This document shows, one piece after another, positions 1 through 10,821 of a stretch of 49,582 bases of DNA. The notes under the pieces are model-generated. The model was not told the origin of the DNA, made no database searches, and worked only from the letters and a program-made list of their open reading frames with translations. The first letter of the stretch is position 1; the number at the start of each line of letters is the position of its first letter. Source of the DNA: Asterionella formosa (lineage: Eukaryota); NCBI GenBank assembly GCA_002256025.1, contig NKIB01013951.1, positions 1-49,582 of the forward strand, read 5' to 3'. The position numbers and the translations under genes are program-made.

Positions 1-364
1 GACAGCGAGCTTGTTGCCAGAGATACATGCCAGTAAAATACATAGATAAATCCATGCTGGTGTGAAATGTGCAAAGTACCCGGTGCCAGGTACCACAATT
101 GCACGAAGACAAAAACAGAAGTAGAACCCAGTCATAAAAAAAGAACAAGTGAAGACATTCGAAACGTATACCCGGTATCATATTAATCAACTCGGGCAAA
201 ATCTTCGTTTCCCACTTTCTCGACTTCTATTGATTTCTCGATCAACAATAAGAAAGAGCGTTTGAGTCAAACTCCGAACGAGGTTCTACACACAACAGCA
301 GGGTCGTTGAACCTGCACAATGGACGCTAGTTCTAGCGCTCCAGGAAAACGACGTCAAACACTC

Positions 365-2944
365 ATGACCTCGTCGTGTCAAAGGACCATTCTCCCTGTT
401 GTGCTTTTTCTATTTATTTCCAAGATGCCGCCATTACAAGCGTTTTCAAGCAATCGACTCCCTCTCACGACATTCAGTTTTAATCAGAAAGGATACTTGC
501 AACCCGTCACTGTATCGCTAGCTGCGTTCGTTGGCTACGATTCTCCCCCCGGTGGAAACACAAATTCTTCAGAACAAAATGCGAAACAGAATGACCGAAA
601 GATGAGGAAAATTCGACACCAATGGTTACAAAAAGTCAGCAAAGGGCTGCTGGAAACAACTCCAGGCACATTGAAAAAGGGCAAGTGGCATGAGATCATC
701 TCCATGCTGACCGCCTGGACCTCATTCGCCCAGGACGATTCGTCGGCTCCACTTGTCATGGAGTGTCTACTCAAGCGCCTCGTGGACGAACGGCGAGCGG
801 GGAATAAAGAAGTGTTTGTCACGACGGAATTGTACAACACCGTAATTGAAGCTTGGTACAAGCAGGCATCGCCTTCCAAGGAAGGAAAACTCTCAGCTCG
901 TCGAGCAAGAGATATTCTGTTGTCACTTCAGCGATCATACATAGAAACGCAAGATGAAACTACGATGCCAGACGCAAAATCATTTATTATTGTATTACAT
1001 GCTCTGTCCAAGGCCGAAGACGCGGCTGGGTCTAAGAATATGCTTAAATGGATGGAGAAGTTACACGAAAATGGGCTCAACAACGCGGCCAAGTTGACTC
1101 TGACTGTCTATGCCCATGCACTGAACGCGATTGCAAGCACTGGAAGCAAAGACGCTGGTATAGAAGCAGAACGACTATTAAAGGATATGAACGCTACTGG
1201 AGTCGAACCAACAACACTCTGCTACACGACTGTCATGAAGGCCTGGATCAAGGTAGGGCGACTGACAAGAAATGGACGACAGGCGGCAGAACATTCGGAA
1301 CGAATCATGGATGAAATGCATACCAAGCCAGATGCGTACGCATATACAACGGTTATAAATGCATGGGCTCAAAGTGGGCAAAAAGATTTTGCAGCAGAAC
1401 GAGCCCAAGAAATTCTGAATCGATTGGAAAATGACCCAAACGTCCAGTCGGACATACACGCATACACAGCATGTATGAGTGCTTGGGTCAAGAGTTACAA
1501 TCCAAAGGCTGTGGATCAAATAGAAGCGTTGATGGAGCGCATGGAATCACTAGATCATGTGGAAATCAATCTGATGGCTTACAATACATACATTCATGCG
1601 TTAGCTGTCCATGGATCAACTCGTGGAATGCCGAAGAAAGCAAATGACTTGCTGGATTCTTTGGAACAGCGCTTTCAAACTGGTCAAATCAATTTTGCTC
1701 CAAACATTTTCTCTTACAATCTTGTTCTCGAAGCATGGGCTCGGAGCAGTGAGGAAAGTGCGGCAGTAAGGGCAATGGAAGTATTCAGAAATTTGCTTAA
1801 GACTGAACGGGTGAGGCCAGATCGATTCTCATTCAACCAAGTGCTTGTATCGTTTTCCAGAAGTTCAATTGCGGGAAGCGCACGCCAGGCAGAGCAGATT
1901 CTCAAATACATGAAGGATGCCTTTGAAACAGGAATAATTAACGATCGTCCTGGATCGTTAGAATACTCCGCAGTGATCGCTTCTCATGCAAGAATCGGAG
2001 AGCCTGGATCAGCCCAGCGAGCGGAACAGCTGTTGGCGTACCTCGAAATGAAGACTGCTGCTGGAGACGACCATTTCAAACCAAATTTGGTAGCGTTCAA
2101 CGATGTTATTGATGCATGGGCACGAAGTGGAGAAGGAACGTTGGCTGCTCGCAAGGCTGAGGCTTTGCTAGCAAGACTCCGGTTTCTCGTTGAGGCAGGC
2201 GACGAAACAATGCAACCCAATATTGTTACGTACAATCGATTGCTGCAATGTTGGGCACATAGTGGTACAAGATGTTGCGCTATTAAGGCTGAAGAATATC
2301 TCAATCAAATGTGGAATTTGTATGAATCTGGGAATGAAAGGGTCCTGCCAGACGAGAAGTCATACAACACGGTGATAAAGGCAATCAGCAAGAGCCAGAA
2401 TAAGGGGAAGGCGCAGCAAGCTTTGCGTGTTCTTCGTAAGATGGACAAACTTTACCGAGCAGGTTACAAGACCAAACCAAGTCGAATCACCTACAATGCT
2501 GTCTTGCAAAGTTGCGCCCTCCCTGCTCAGCTGGACCAACGAGCAAAGCGAAAAGCGTTGGATACCGCCATCTTCACGTTTGAAGAGTTGAAAAACTCTG
2601 AATATGGAAAACCCACTCATGTGACTTATCGCATGTTCTTACAAGCAATCAACTCGCTTTTACCAAAAGGCGACGTCCTTCGACGGCAAGTTATTGCACC
2701 TGTCTTCTTGCAAGCCTGCAAGGATGGCCAAGTGGATAACATGGTGCTGGCGGAGCTACGTGACGCCGCACCTGGTGACCTCTATCGAGAGCTACTTGCG
2801 GGTGTGTCGTCATCTCGAGGCAACCAAATCACCAAACGAGATTTGCCACACGAATGGACATGCAATGTGGAAACAAGCAGGAAATTCCAGGCAAAAGACC
2901 ATCAACTACAAAAGGATGTAAATCGTGCTCGGCTTGCGCCGTGA
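365..2944 (+). CDS. Pentatricopeptide repeat (PPR) protein, probably plastid-targeted
   Basis: Many ~35-aa helical repeats (PDAYAYTTVINAWAQSG, PNIFSYNLVLEAWARS, PNLVAFNDVIDAWARSG, PNIVTYNRLLQCWAHSG). ORF is open from 320; ATG 365 gives a hydrophobic signal peptide ending LQA-FSS. Confidence 0.92.
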   Translation: MTSSCQRTILPVVLFLFISKMPPLQAFSSNRLPLTTFSFNQKGYLQPVTVSLAAFVGYDSPPGGNTNSSEQNAKQNDRKMRKIRHQWLQKVSKGLLETTPGTLKKGKWHEIISMLTAWTSFAQDDSSAPLVMECLLKRLVDERRAGNKEVFVTTELYNTVIEAWYKQASPSKEGKLSARRARDILLSLQRSYIETQDETTMPDAKSFIIVLHALSKAEDAAGSKNMLKWMEKLHENGLNNAAKLTLTVYAHALNAIASTGSKDAGIEAERLLKDMNATGVEPTTLCYTTVMKAWIKVGRLTRNGRQAAEHSERIMDEMHTKPDAYAYTTVINAWAQSGQKDFAAERAQEILNRLENDPNVQSDIHAYTACMSAWVKSYNPKAVDQIEALMERMESLDHVEINLMAYNTYIHALAVHGSTRGMPKKANDLLDSLEQRFQTGQINFAPNIFSYNLVLEAWARSSEESAAVRAMEVFRNLLKTERVRPDRFSFNQVLVSFSRSSIAGSARQAEQILKYMKDAFETGIINDRPGSLEYSAVIASHARIGEPGSAQRAEQLLAYLEMKTAAGDDHFKPNLVAFNDVIDAWARSGEGTLAARKAEALLARLRFLVEAGDETMQPNIVTYNRLLQCWAHSGTRCCAIKAEEYLNQMWNLYESGNERVLPDEKSYNTVIKAISKSQNKGKAQQALRVLRKMDKLYRAGYKTKPSRITYNAVLQSCALPAQLDQRAKRKALDTAIFTFEELKNSEYGKPTHVTYRMFLQAINSLLPKGDVLRRQVIAPVFLQACKDGQVDNMVLAELRDAAPGDLYRELLAGVSSSRGNQITKRDLPHEWTCNVETSRKFQAKDHQLQKDVNRARLAP

Positions 2945-3026
2945 GTGTTAATTATCAATTGTGATGATTTACTAGAAACCTTCAAAAATAGAGTCGTGTA
3001 ATTTAAAGCACCCATCCTGTCCTATA

Positions 3027-5012
3027 CTATAATTCCAAATCAAACTGATCCAACCCTTGGTTCGGCAAATCGCTATAGGCCATTTCGGAAATCATGTCAT
3101 TCAAAGCACTATCGCTCGACCCTTGCCGCTTATGCTTTACAGATTTCCGTGCGATTGGTTCCGTCGTATTCTTCTTCTTGCTGGTGGTATTGGCTGCCGG
3201 GAAATCCCGTGGAATCAAAGTCACAAATCGAGCCGGAATATGATATTTTGGCAGGTTCCCAGACTCATCTTGGTCGTCTCCATCAAATTCTACAACCACG
3301 ATATCGTCATCACCCCGACAGAATGAAGTCGAATCAATGGCAGTGGCAGAATACAAGGAAGTAGTCATGGGATACATGGCATAGACTCTCGAACCCTTTT
3401 TAATTCTGGTATTCCATTCAGCTGCTTCTCCATGGGATCGTGGTAGGGGTAATACCAAGTTCCGAGAAACATGTGAATTTATCCCACCTTCGCTTTCTTC
3501 CGCATCCTTAATAACAACCTTGTCTCGAAAGAGTGCATCGCGCCTTGCATCAGTCAAAGACAAGAATTCCTTCATGTCTAGCCCAGAGTCCGGGTAGGCA
3601 GTGACGACACGTGCCAAAATCCACAAATAGTCTCGGGAGGACACACGAGCTGCCACATAGTCCCCAGGGTTTAGCGCCCGAAAGCGAAGTACAGAAAACA
3701 ATCGCCATGCTTGTTCCTTTTTCGGTAGCTTGGCAAATTGATCTGGAAGTTTAATTACGGGGTCAATCGCCAATTTTTGCTTGCGCAGCTTGCGAAGGGA
3801 TGACCCATTGGGATCACCAGGGTTTGAGTTTGTTTGTGTGGACGGTGGTTGTTGGGCAGCAGTAGTGTTTTTAGCCAAAAGTCGTTTTGAAGGACTAGCC
3901 GCAGTTTGTGGTAGTGGAATGTTGAGGATGGGAACTTTGGTGTTTGCCAAAGTATGTGGCATGATACCTTTGCTGTCACTTGGTGAAGGCATAACAAATT
4001 TTTGGCCTTCCAGTGGTATCATAACATGACTTGGATCCATTTCTGCCAAGAGACCACGTAAAACACTATGCATCTGACGACAAAACGAGAGCCCTGACAT
4101 TAATTCCGTTTTTATCTTCTTGGCAGTTCTCGGGTTCATAATTTGAAGTTTCAAATCTTCTTCTTGCTGCTGTTCATCGTGATTGTCTTTTTTTGTCCAT
4201 TGAACCTGTCGGGCCCGTTGCTTCTTAATCCGTTGAGCCGTCGATGTGGCCCTTAAAAATCCATTAGTTTGGGGACCGCCAAGCAACCGGTGAGCTAACC
4301 AAACTGTGCGGTCTGTTGTGTTACATTGAGAGAGGAGATGAACTGTTTCTTCATGGGACATTTGATGTGGCGGTGGCTGGAGTGGATCTGCCGGTGTGGC
4401 TGTCGCGTTTTTTGCGATGTTTCCAGGAGGGTCATTTGGTGTTGTTAACTTGGTGGAATTGGTAAGTTCTGGTGGACGAAGGAGAAAATGTTGCGTGGGA
4501 GACGAGCGTGGGTGGTTGGGAGGTACGCTTGGTAGGCTAGGAATGGATGTCATGGGTGAAGTAACGGACTGCGGTAGCAATTGCCGTTGTTGTTGGTACT
4601 GCTGATTAAGTTGATGTTGTAAGAGTTGTTGTTGCTGCTGCCCTTGCAGTTGTTGCTGTTGATTGTGTTGCTGCATTTGCTGCTGTTTCTGCTCTTGTGA
4701 GCGCTGCTGCAGCTCTTGCTGTTGCCTCAGTAATTGTTGTTGCTGGTGCTGCTGTTGCTGTGTTTGAAGTCTTATGAGCTGCTGCTGCTGAAGTTGAAGT
4801 TGCAAGAGACGCTGCTGGGGTGTAGTGGGGCTGGTGGTTGTACCGGGAAAGGCTGCATTGGGATAAGACAATGCCTGCGGCTGCTGCTGCTGCTGCTGCA
4901 ATTGCTGTTGCTGATGAACGAGTTGTTGAGTAGTCGGTACAGGTAGACCAGTAAACGAGCTGTGTTGTTGCATTCCGTTCTTGACAAAGTCATTGTGATT
5001 GTGTTGCGACAT
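3027..5012 (-). CDS. SGF29: SGF29-like tandem Tudor protein (SAGA-associated factor 29 family) with N-terminal poly-Q region
   Basis: C-terminal GDYVAARV...WILARVV...VYAMYPMTTSLYSA...VEFDGDD...IPARFV matches the SGF29 Tudor pattern. Start at ATG 5012 is inferred (ORF open from 5096). Confidence 0.8.
   Translation of the reverse strand: MSQHNHNDFVKNGMQQHSSFTGLPVPTTQQLVHQQQQLQQQQQQPQALSYPNAAFPGTTTSPTTPQQRLLQLQLQQQQLIRLQTQQQQHQQQQLLRQQQELQQRSQEQKQQQMQQHNQQQQLQGQQQQQLLQHQLNQQYQQQRQLLPQSVTSPMTSIPSLPSVPPNHPRSSPTQHFLLRPPELTNSTKLTTPNDPPGNIAKNATATPADPLQPPPHQMSHEETVHLLSQCNTTDRTVWLAHRLLGGPQTNGFLRATSTAQRIKKQRARQVQWTKKDNHDEQQQEEDLKLQIMNPRTAKKIKTELMSGLSFCRQMHSVLRGLLAEMDPSHVMIPLEGQKFVMPSPSDSKGIMPHTLANTKVPILNIPLPQTAASPSKRLLAKNTTAAQQPPSTQTNSNPGDPNGSSLRKLRKQKLAIDPVIKLPDQFAKLPKKEQAWRLFSVLRFRALNPGDYVAARVSSRDYLWILARVVTAYPDSGLDMKEFLSLTDARRDALFRDKVVIKDAEESEGGINSHVSRNLVLPLPRSHGEAAEWNTRIKKGSRVYAMYPMTTSLYSATAIDSTSFCRGDDDIVVVEFDGDDQDESGNLPKYHIPARFVTLIPRDFPAANTTSKKKNTTEPIARKSVKHKRQGSSDSALNDMISEMAYSDLPNQGLDQFDLEL
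4590..4920 (-). repeat. CAG/CAA-rich poly-glutamine coding tract
   Basis: Runs of (CTG)n/(TTG)n on the + strand within the SGF29-like ORF. Confidence 0.9.
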
Positions 5013-5739
5013 GATGGTTCTTCGCTTCGTTTCAAGAACGCTTCGAAGAGTACTATTATGAGTCGACCTGGGATACCGGTAGTCCAGGTATGACACTGTC
5101 CAGGACTATTTACGGTGTAGTATACCGTATCTGTGATAGAAGCCGATGAGAGTGTCAAGGGACGGCATAAGATTCGTCGGTCTTTTCTTATTATATATAT
5201 AATGTAGCAGAATATAAATGTATATATACCCTGCGTTCATACATGCTATATCAAAAGACCATGTATACATTGCTTGCTTTGCATCTTGGCTGTTATTATC
5301 ATGCTCGGGTCGAATTTTGTTATACAGCCTCCGGGTTTTGTGTACCTGGTATCCTCGTTCGGGAGAAACACTTTGCTTTATTCGGATATGTGTATGTATC
5401 TGTGTCGTTTCCAGATACAGTTCATTAGTTTAACAATTAAGTTAATTTAGTGCATGTAATTATAGTTATCAAGAACAACACTTTTTCTATTCCAAACCAC
5501 AGACAAAACAGACAAGATTTCTTGGCAGGAGGAGGCATCCACGGGGACTATAATCCCAACAACTTGTGTTTGTTGTTGTTTTTCCTTCTCATCATGGCTT
5601 TGTATGATTCTACTGATAATGGTTGACTCTATCCATAAGCTCAATGATCTGTGGGTTGCAACAAACATTCCTGGAGATTTTTAAAAGAAAATGATGGTAA
5701 ACTAGCTGACCATGATAAGGGAAATTTAAATACACCCCC

Positions 5740-5888
5740 NNNNNNNNNNNNNNNNNNNNNNNNNNNNNNNNNNNNNNNNNNNNNNNNNNNNNNNNNNNNN
5801 NNNNNNNNNNNNNNNNNNNNNNNNNNNNNNNNNNNNNNNNNNNNNNNNNNNNNNNNNNNNNNNNNNNNNNNNNNNNNNNNNNNNNNNN
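5740..5888. other. Assembly gap (N run)
   Basis: Ns in sequence. Confidence 1.
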
Positions 5889-7607
5889 GCTCCAATGACT
5901 TTGGTGGCTTTCTGTTTTCTGCACTGTCTCTAGATACAGAAACAATTCCAAGGCTAGAGCCTGCACACTGATTGCAAATGAGCCTAAGACTGACGATCTT
6001 TGATTCATGATGGAGAAGCCAAAAAATCCTCTTGGCTCATCAAGATCAATAAGACAAGTTCTTGTAACTAAAGACCGTTGATAACAAATCTACTGATTCA
6101 GGAACACCTGAATTATCTTCTTCACAATCATCTGCTTCCAAGCCATCGACTTTGACTTCTCCTAATAAAGCTGTTGAACGCAGCCAGCAGTTTGAATGCC
6201 ATGGGATTGATGACTATCCAATCACATTTGATATATTGGATAGTGGACAATTGTTGGAAGTTAGGGCTTGTTTTCTAACTGTCCATTACAAGTTCTGTTA
6301 CAAAAATGAATAAATATCTTGTAAAAAAGGATAGATTTGGTGTCTCTTTTAAGATCTGCCTTTATTTGTCATCAGCCAATGCCAGGTACTCGAAAATAGA
6401 TATAAAGATATGCACAACAACATAATAATGCTTTTGTAATGAGTAAGAAGTTCAGGGGGGTAGTACTCTGGTAGCTTAGATGCAAAACTGGAAATATTAC
6501 TACTATGTAGTATGGCAAAAGAGCAACAAATCTGAAATCGAGATTTCAGAATTGGACTACATAACATGATGCTGGCAGTGGGGAGCATATCAATTTACTG
6601 CCTATTTGGGTAATTGCAACAATGATATTTATTCCATTACCTGTATATTACATAAAGATACCTACATACATCGCTATCTCTCGTCCTGTTTGCACATTGT
6701 CATTCAATTATTACCATTTACATCTAAGCCAAGTATTACATGAAGATCCTTTATGTAAATATGCATAGTTGATTTTGAGAGCAGGATCTTAGTTGGATTT
6801 TGAAATGAATTATTTAAACACCAACTAATTCAGCCTCAAGTTCAAAGTTCATCGTGAAAGCTTTACATGAAACCGTTAAAAGTAACCTTTTTTATGGGAA
6901 GTGTGGTATCATGAGGAAGTACCACATAATTATCAATCCTGCACTGATGAAATTTCGAAAAGTGGCGTGTTTCGCGGCTTAAATGTACTTCGCCTTTCGC
7001 TTTGATTGTTCCACCAAAACCTTGGAGATTTCAAGAGCAACAAAATGAACAATAGATCATGCTCGAGATTCCATATACCAATCATCACCTACTATTGCCT
7101 CCTTCAATTAGTTTATGTTAAATTTGTCCCACACAAACTTTCCATAAATTCAATGGTGTGGTATAGTGTGATTCACACCCTTGACTGGCGCATTCTTTGC
7201 GAGAGGATCCACCAAAAGAAGTTAATTGTCAAAATCAGACTTTTATAATTATCATCTTAGACAAAATATATATTTATAGTCTGTGTTTGACTACTACCAG
7301 GTACTGGTAGCTGGTACTCCAGGTAGTACAACAAGGTACCAGTACCTGGTAGCTGGTAAGTTGGTATTTACAATGATACATAATTGATTGTTGCGTTTTT
7401 GGTGATTCTATCAGCAACTAATATTTGCCAAGTCGCCGGGGGGTCATGTAACACATAATTGCTAATCGGGGGATGGAGGATGCAAAATTTAGTACATTTT
7501 GTAGCCCATTCGTAATCTTCTATTTCTATTGGCAAGTCACTAGTTTGTATGCACTTTTCGAACTAGTTGACACAAACCTGACCAAATTTTTTGTTTTCGA
7601 TTGAATG

Positions 7608-7741
7608 NNNNNNNNNNNNNNNNNNNNNNNNNNNNNNNNNNNNNNNNNNNNNNNNNNNNNNNNNNNNNNNNNNNNNNNNNNNNNNNNNNNNNNNNNNNNN
7701 NNNNNNNNNNNNNNNNNNNNNNNNNNNNNNNNNNNNNNNNN
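7608..7741. other. Assembly gap flanked by an identical 47-bp duplication (7561-7607 = 7742-7788)
   Basis: aactagttgacacaaacctgacc...ttgaatg lies on both sides of the Ns. Confidence 0.95.
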
Positions 7742-8531
7742 AACTAGTTGACACAAACCTGACCAAATTTTTTGTTTTCGATTGAATGCTCACTGGATCC
7801 AAATCGAGTTTCTCATTCCATGTGAATTCTTCTTCTTTCTCATGACAATACTTTGTTGAGCAAAACTCGACCAACATAAAAATGATTTTACATAATCTGT
7901 CAGCAAACCCCAAATCGATTATCGTTTTGCTTCCATGCATGTGAATTCTTCTTTTATTTTTATGGTAGATTTATTCAACAACTCAAAGCATGATGCTGGT
8001 CCTTGTTCATATAAGTCGATGCAAATCATAATATTTTTCTAGTTAATCTGTCAGCAGTCCTCTCAAACCAAATTTTACTTTCCATTTGAATTAGGTGTCT
8101 TCTTCATGATGATCGAATAACCTAATAGATCAAATCAGTATGTTTGTGCATTTGGACTATTTGGTGCCAATTAAATCTTAGCAGGCCCAAACCGCATTGT
8201 GATTTCGATCTGAATTGCCATTTGTTGTCATGATGCAAAATCATATCCAACAACACCTCGAAATAGCACCATATTGGTCCTGCTACTTCTTAGTCACAGG
8301 TGCATTGGGAACTATGTATAACCGGTCAACCGTACAAATTCATGTATGATTTCACACATTCATTTTTTGTAATGTGCTGACCCATTTCGACATCAAGTAT
8401 GGCATACGAACGGATTCTAGATTCCGTCCTGTGGTACTCTCGTGTGTAGAATTTATTGTATGTGATGCAGTCCCACTATCCCTACCTGTCAGATCAATCA
8501 AGCTATTACCGGTAGCTTTGTTTCTACATTG

Positions 8532-8870
8532 GTAACTAGACCTCGGAAAGTTACTCCCATGGGCCAACGCCCCGACGGGTAGGGCAGACCGCATACTGGT
8601 CAAGACTGGGGCTGCACACAGGTTTTTAGTGAGTAAAAGTCTCACACTACCTCGCCCAGGTAACGGCAGGGTGCCTCACCAGACACCAGGTCATTAATGG
8701 ATGACGGGGTGCCTCAAAAACATTCCTGAGTACGTGAACTGTTGGGAGGAGTTAGAATCCTCCCATTATGCCCCCCAAGCACCCCACATCGATGGGGCAG
8801 GCAGGCAAAGCGGCTGGATAGATCTTCTCCTGGCGCCTTGAAACAGCCAAAAAAACCCCTCGGAAACTGA
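8532..8870 (+). ncRNA. Candidate structured RNA / retroelement-derived structured repeat
   Basis: GC-richer island with about 9 consecutive stem-loops, e.g. TGGGAGGA/TCCTCCCA 8743-8765, GTGAG/CTCAC 8629-8645, GTAACT/AGTTAC 8532-8554, GGCTG/CAGCC 8812-8848. Strand is inferred. Confidence 0.55.
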
Positions 8871-9250
8871 CTTAACATTTGCTGTATTCGGTTGATTATT
8901 GCTATTTACATAGTCGTATGTATAGGCTACAGGGTACTCAATTACCATACCGGTAGGTCATCTAATATGTATGACAATCTTAGTGGACTATAGCAACTAG
9001 AAAATCATAAATATACCTGAACTCAGCTACAGTAGCTATCCAATCAGCAATTGTTGCCTATCATTGCAATTGTAACAGCAAAACCTCATCAACTTTTGCA
9101 CATCGTGACTGTATTTGCAATAGGCCACTTCTTCTGTACTGTAGTTGTTGTGTAAAATGACGCAAAAAATCCACTCTCGCACATTGTATCAACAGACTAC
9201 TACTTCTGTATTGTAGTAGGTTACAGTGCGCTGTACAAAATCTTGAAAAG

Positions 9251-10033
9251 CTAATCTACAGACCTTTTCCTGCGCTTTGGCTTTCGCCCTCGTCGTTTCA
9301 TTCTCTGATAGGTTGGCAAGGCATGAACAGCCTGGTCCAGCTCTTGAAAATATATGTTCAGCATCTTTTCAACTTCATCATCCCGTCCTTGTCGGTATCC
9401 CTTCATGAACTCACCCAAACAATCATTGGCAAGACGAAGCATGTCTTCCGCAAATATTTTGAGATCTTCTTTCGTACGAATGCCAGTATTCTCCTTGACC
9501 TTTTCCAGAGCCTTGGCTCCTTCCTTTTTGAGCAATTGTAGATTGTTGTCCACCTGCTGTGGCGCTTTTGCTTTCTTTTTCTCCCAAAATTCCAAAGCGT
9601 TTGCCAACTTGTTGTCGATTGGAAGGCCTTGCTCTTTCAGTTCCTTCTCCATCAAGCGTTCCAAAGTGCCCTTGTCTTCCCACCAAGGCATATACCCTTC
9701 ATAGGATGCCCAATATTGTGGTAACCGAATTCGTATTATCCCCTTCCATTCCTCAATCGTTCTGGGCCATCTCTTTTCGGGTTTAAACCCCTCCGGTTTC
9801 TTGGGTGGCTTGCCAAATATAATTTCTGACACTGTGTCTTCCCTCTCTGCATCCTCCGCGGCAAATTGTACTTTTGCTTTTTGGAGGCGGCGTTTTCGAG
9901 ATACGTACTTGTTTTTAAATAAAGTACTCCTGAAGCGTTGCTGCTGTTGTTGTTTTTGTTGTATTCTAGATAGATTCGTCGAAAATTGGGAGATGATGTG
10001 AGAGCGAGTAGACCGTAGAATAGAGACAAACAT
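9251..10033 (-). CDS. Hypothetical protein, probably mitochondrial
   Basis: 260-aa ORF with an Arg/Ser-rich, acid-free N-terminus (MFVSILRSTRSHIISQFSTNLSR) and a helical C-terminal block CLGEFMKGYRQGRDDE. Confidence 0.75.
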   Translation of the reverse strand: MFVSILRSTRSHIISQFSTNLSRIQQKQQQQQRFRSTLFKNKYVSRKRRLQKAKVQFAAEDAEREDTVSEIIFGKPPKKPEGFKPEKRWPRTIEEWKGIIRIRLPQYWASYEGYMPWWEDKGTLERLMEKELKEQGLPIDNKLANALEFWEKKKAKAPQQVDNNLQLLKKEGAKALEKVKENTGIRTKEDLKIFAEDMLRLANDCLGEFMKGYRQGRDDEVEKMLNIYFQELDQAVHALPTYQRMKRRGRKPKRRKRSVD

Positions 10034-10821
10034 GAGTTTGCTGTGCTTTTGATTTCATTGCTCATCAATACACACTACATGTTGGTCTTTGTTGATGCTT
10101 TCCTCGCTCGCCGCAGTTTTTAACAGCAAGAAGTACCGGGTAGAGCTACCAGATACCAGGTACCAGGTACCATGCAATTTTGGCACCATGGCTGATGTGG
10201 CTGACGAGATTCAGAGGTAAGCACATACCGGTAATCATACTAATGGTACCAGGTACCTAGTACCAGGTACCGGTAGGCACCTACGGGTCGTTAACTCCGG
10301 GTCCCTGATATGGTACTAACAGGTAGGAGTACCAGTTAGTACGTAGTTGGACCATCGACACAGGCCACTACCGGCATCCGTGTACAAACCTTAATCCAAA
10401 GACCACAGAGCATTCGAAAAAGGTTCCAAAGTGTACTACCGTACTAGTAGACACCTCAAATCCTTCGATTAGGGGCTAAATAAAATTATGGGTTGAGGGG
10501 CCATCATTGCTTTCATGATAAGTTGCCAGTATGAGAAATGAACCTAGTCTGTAGCTAGAATAGTGCAGGTGAATGCAAAGATGCAACTTTGAATTTGTCC
10601 TTGGTTCATCTTTTCCATGATGTCCAATCTGCACTGTATTTGGCAACTTGTTTGCACTTACAGAAGTAGTCTGAGATTTCCATAACTATGGAGCTCAATG
10701 AAATCAAGTCTGTACTAATAGGCTATGGTTGATTTGCTATGGAAGTGATAGATGTATAAATATAGGGTTCACAGCATGAGTTGAGAAAAACAAAATTAAT
10801 CTTTCTCAGTATATGTAATTA

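Noticed and set aside
6944..6960. CTGATGA...GAAA hammerhead-like core
   Set aside because: Only AATTTC lies between the motifs, so stem II cannot form, and there are no convincing stems I and III.
7561..7788. 47-bp direct repeat as a biological repeat or TSD
   Set aside because: Identical copies abut both sides of an N gap, so it is most likely an unmerged contig overlap.
10135..10275. CCWGG/GGTACC clusters as bacterial Dcm or restriction-site arrays, or contamination
   Set aside because: They are embedded among intron-containing eukaryotic genes and are consistently TA-delimited with variable cores, which a single recognition site does not explain.
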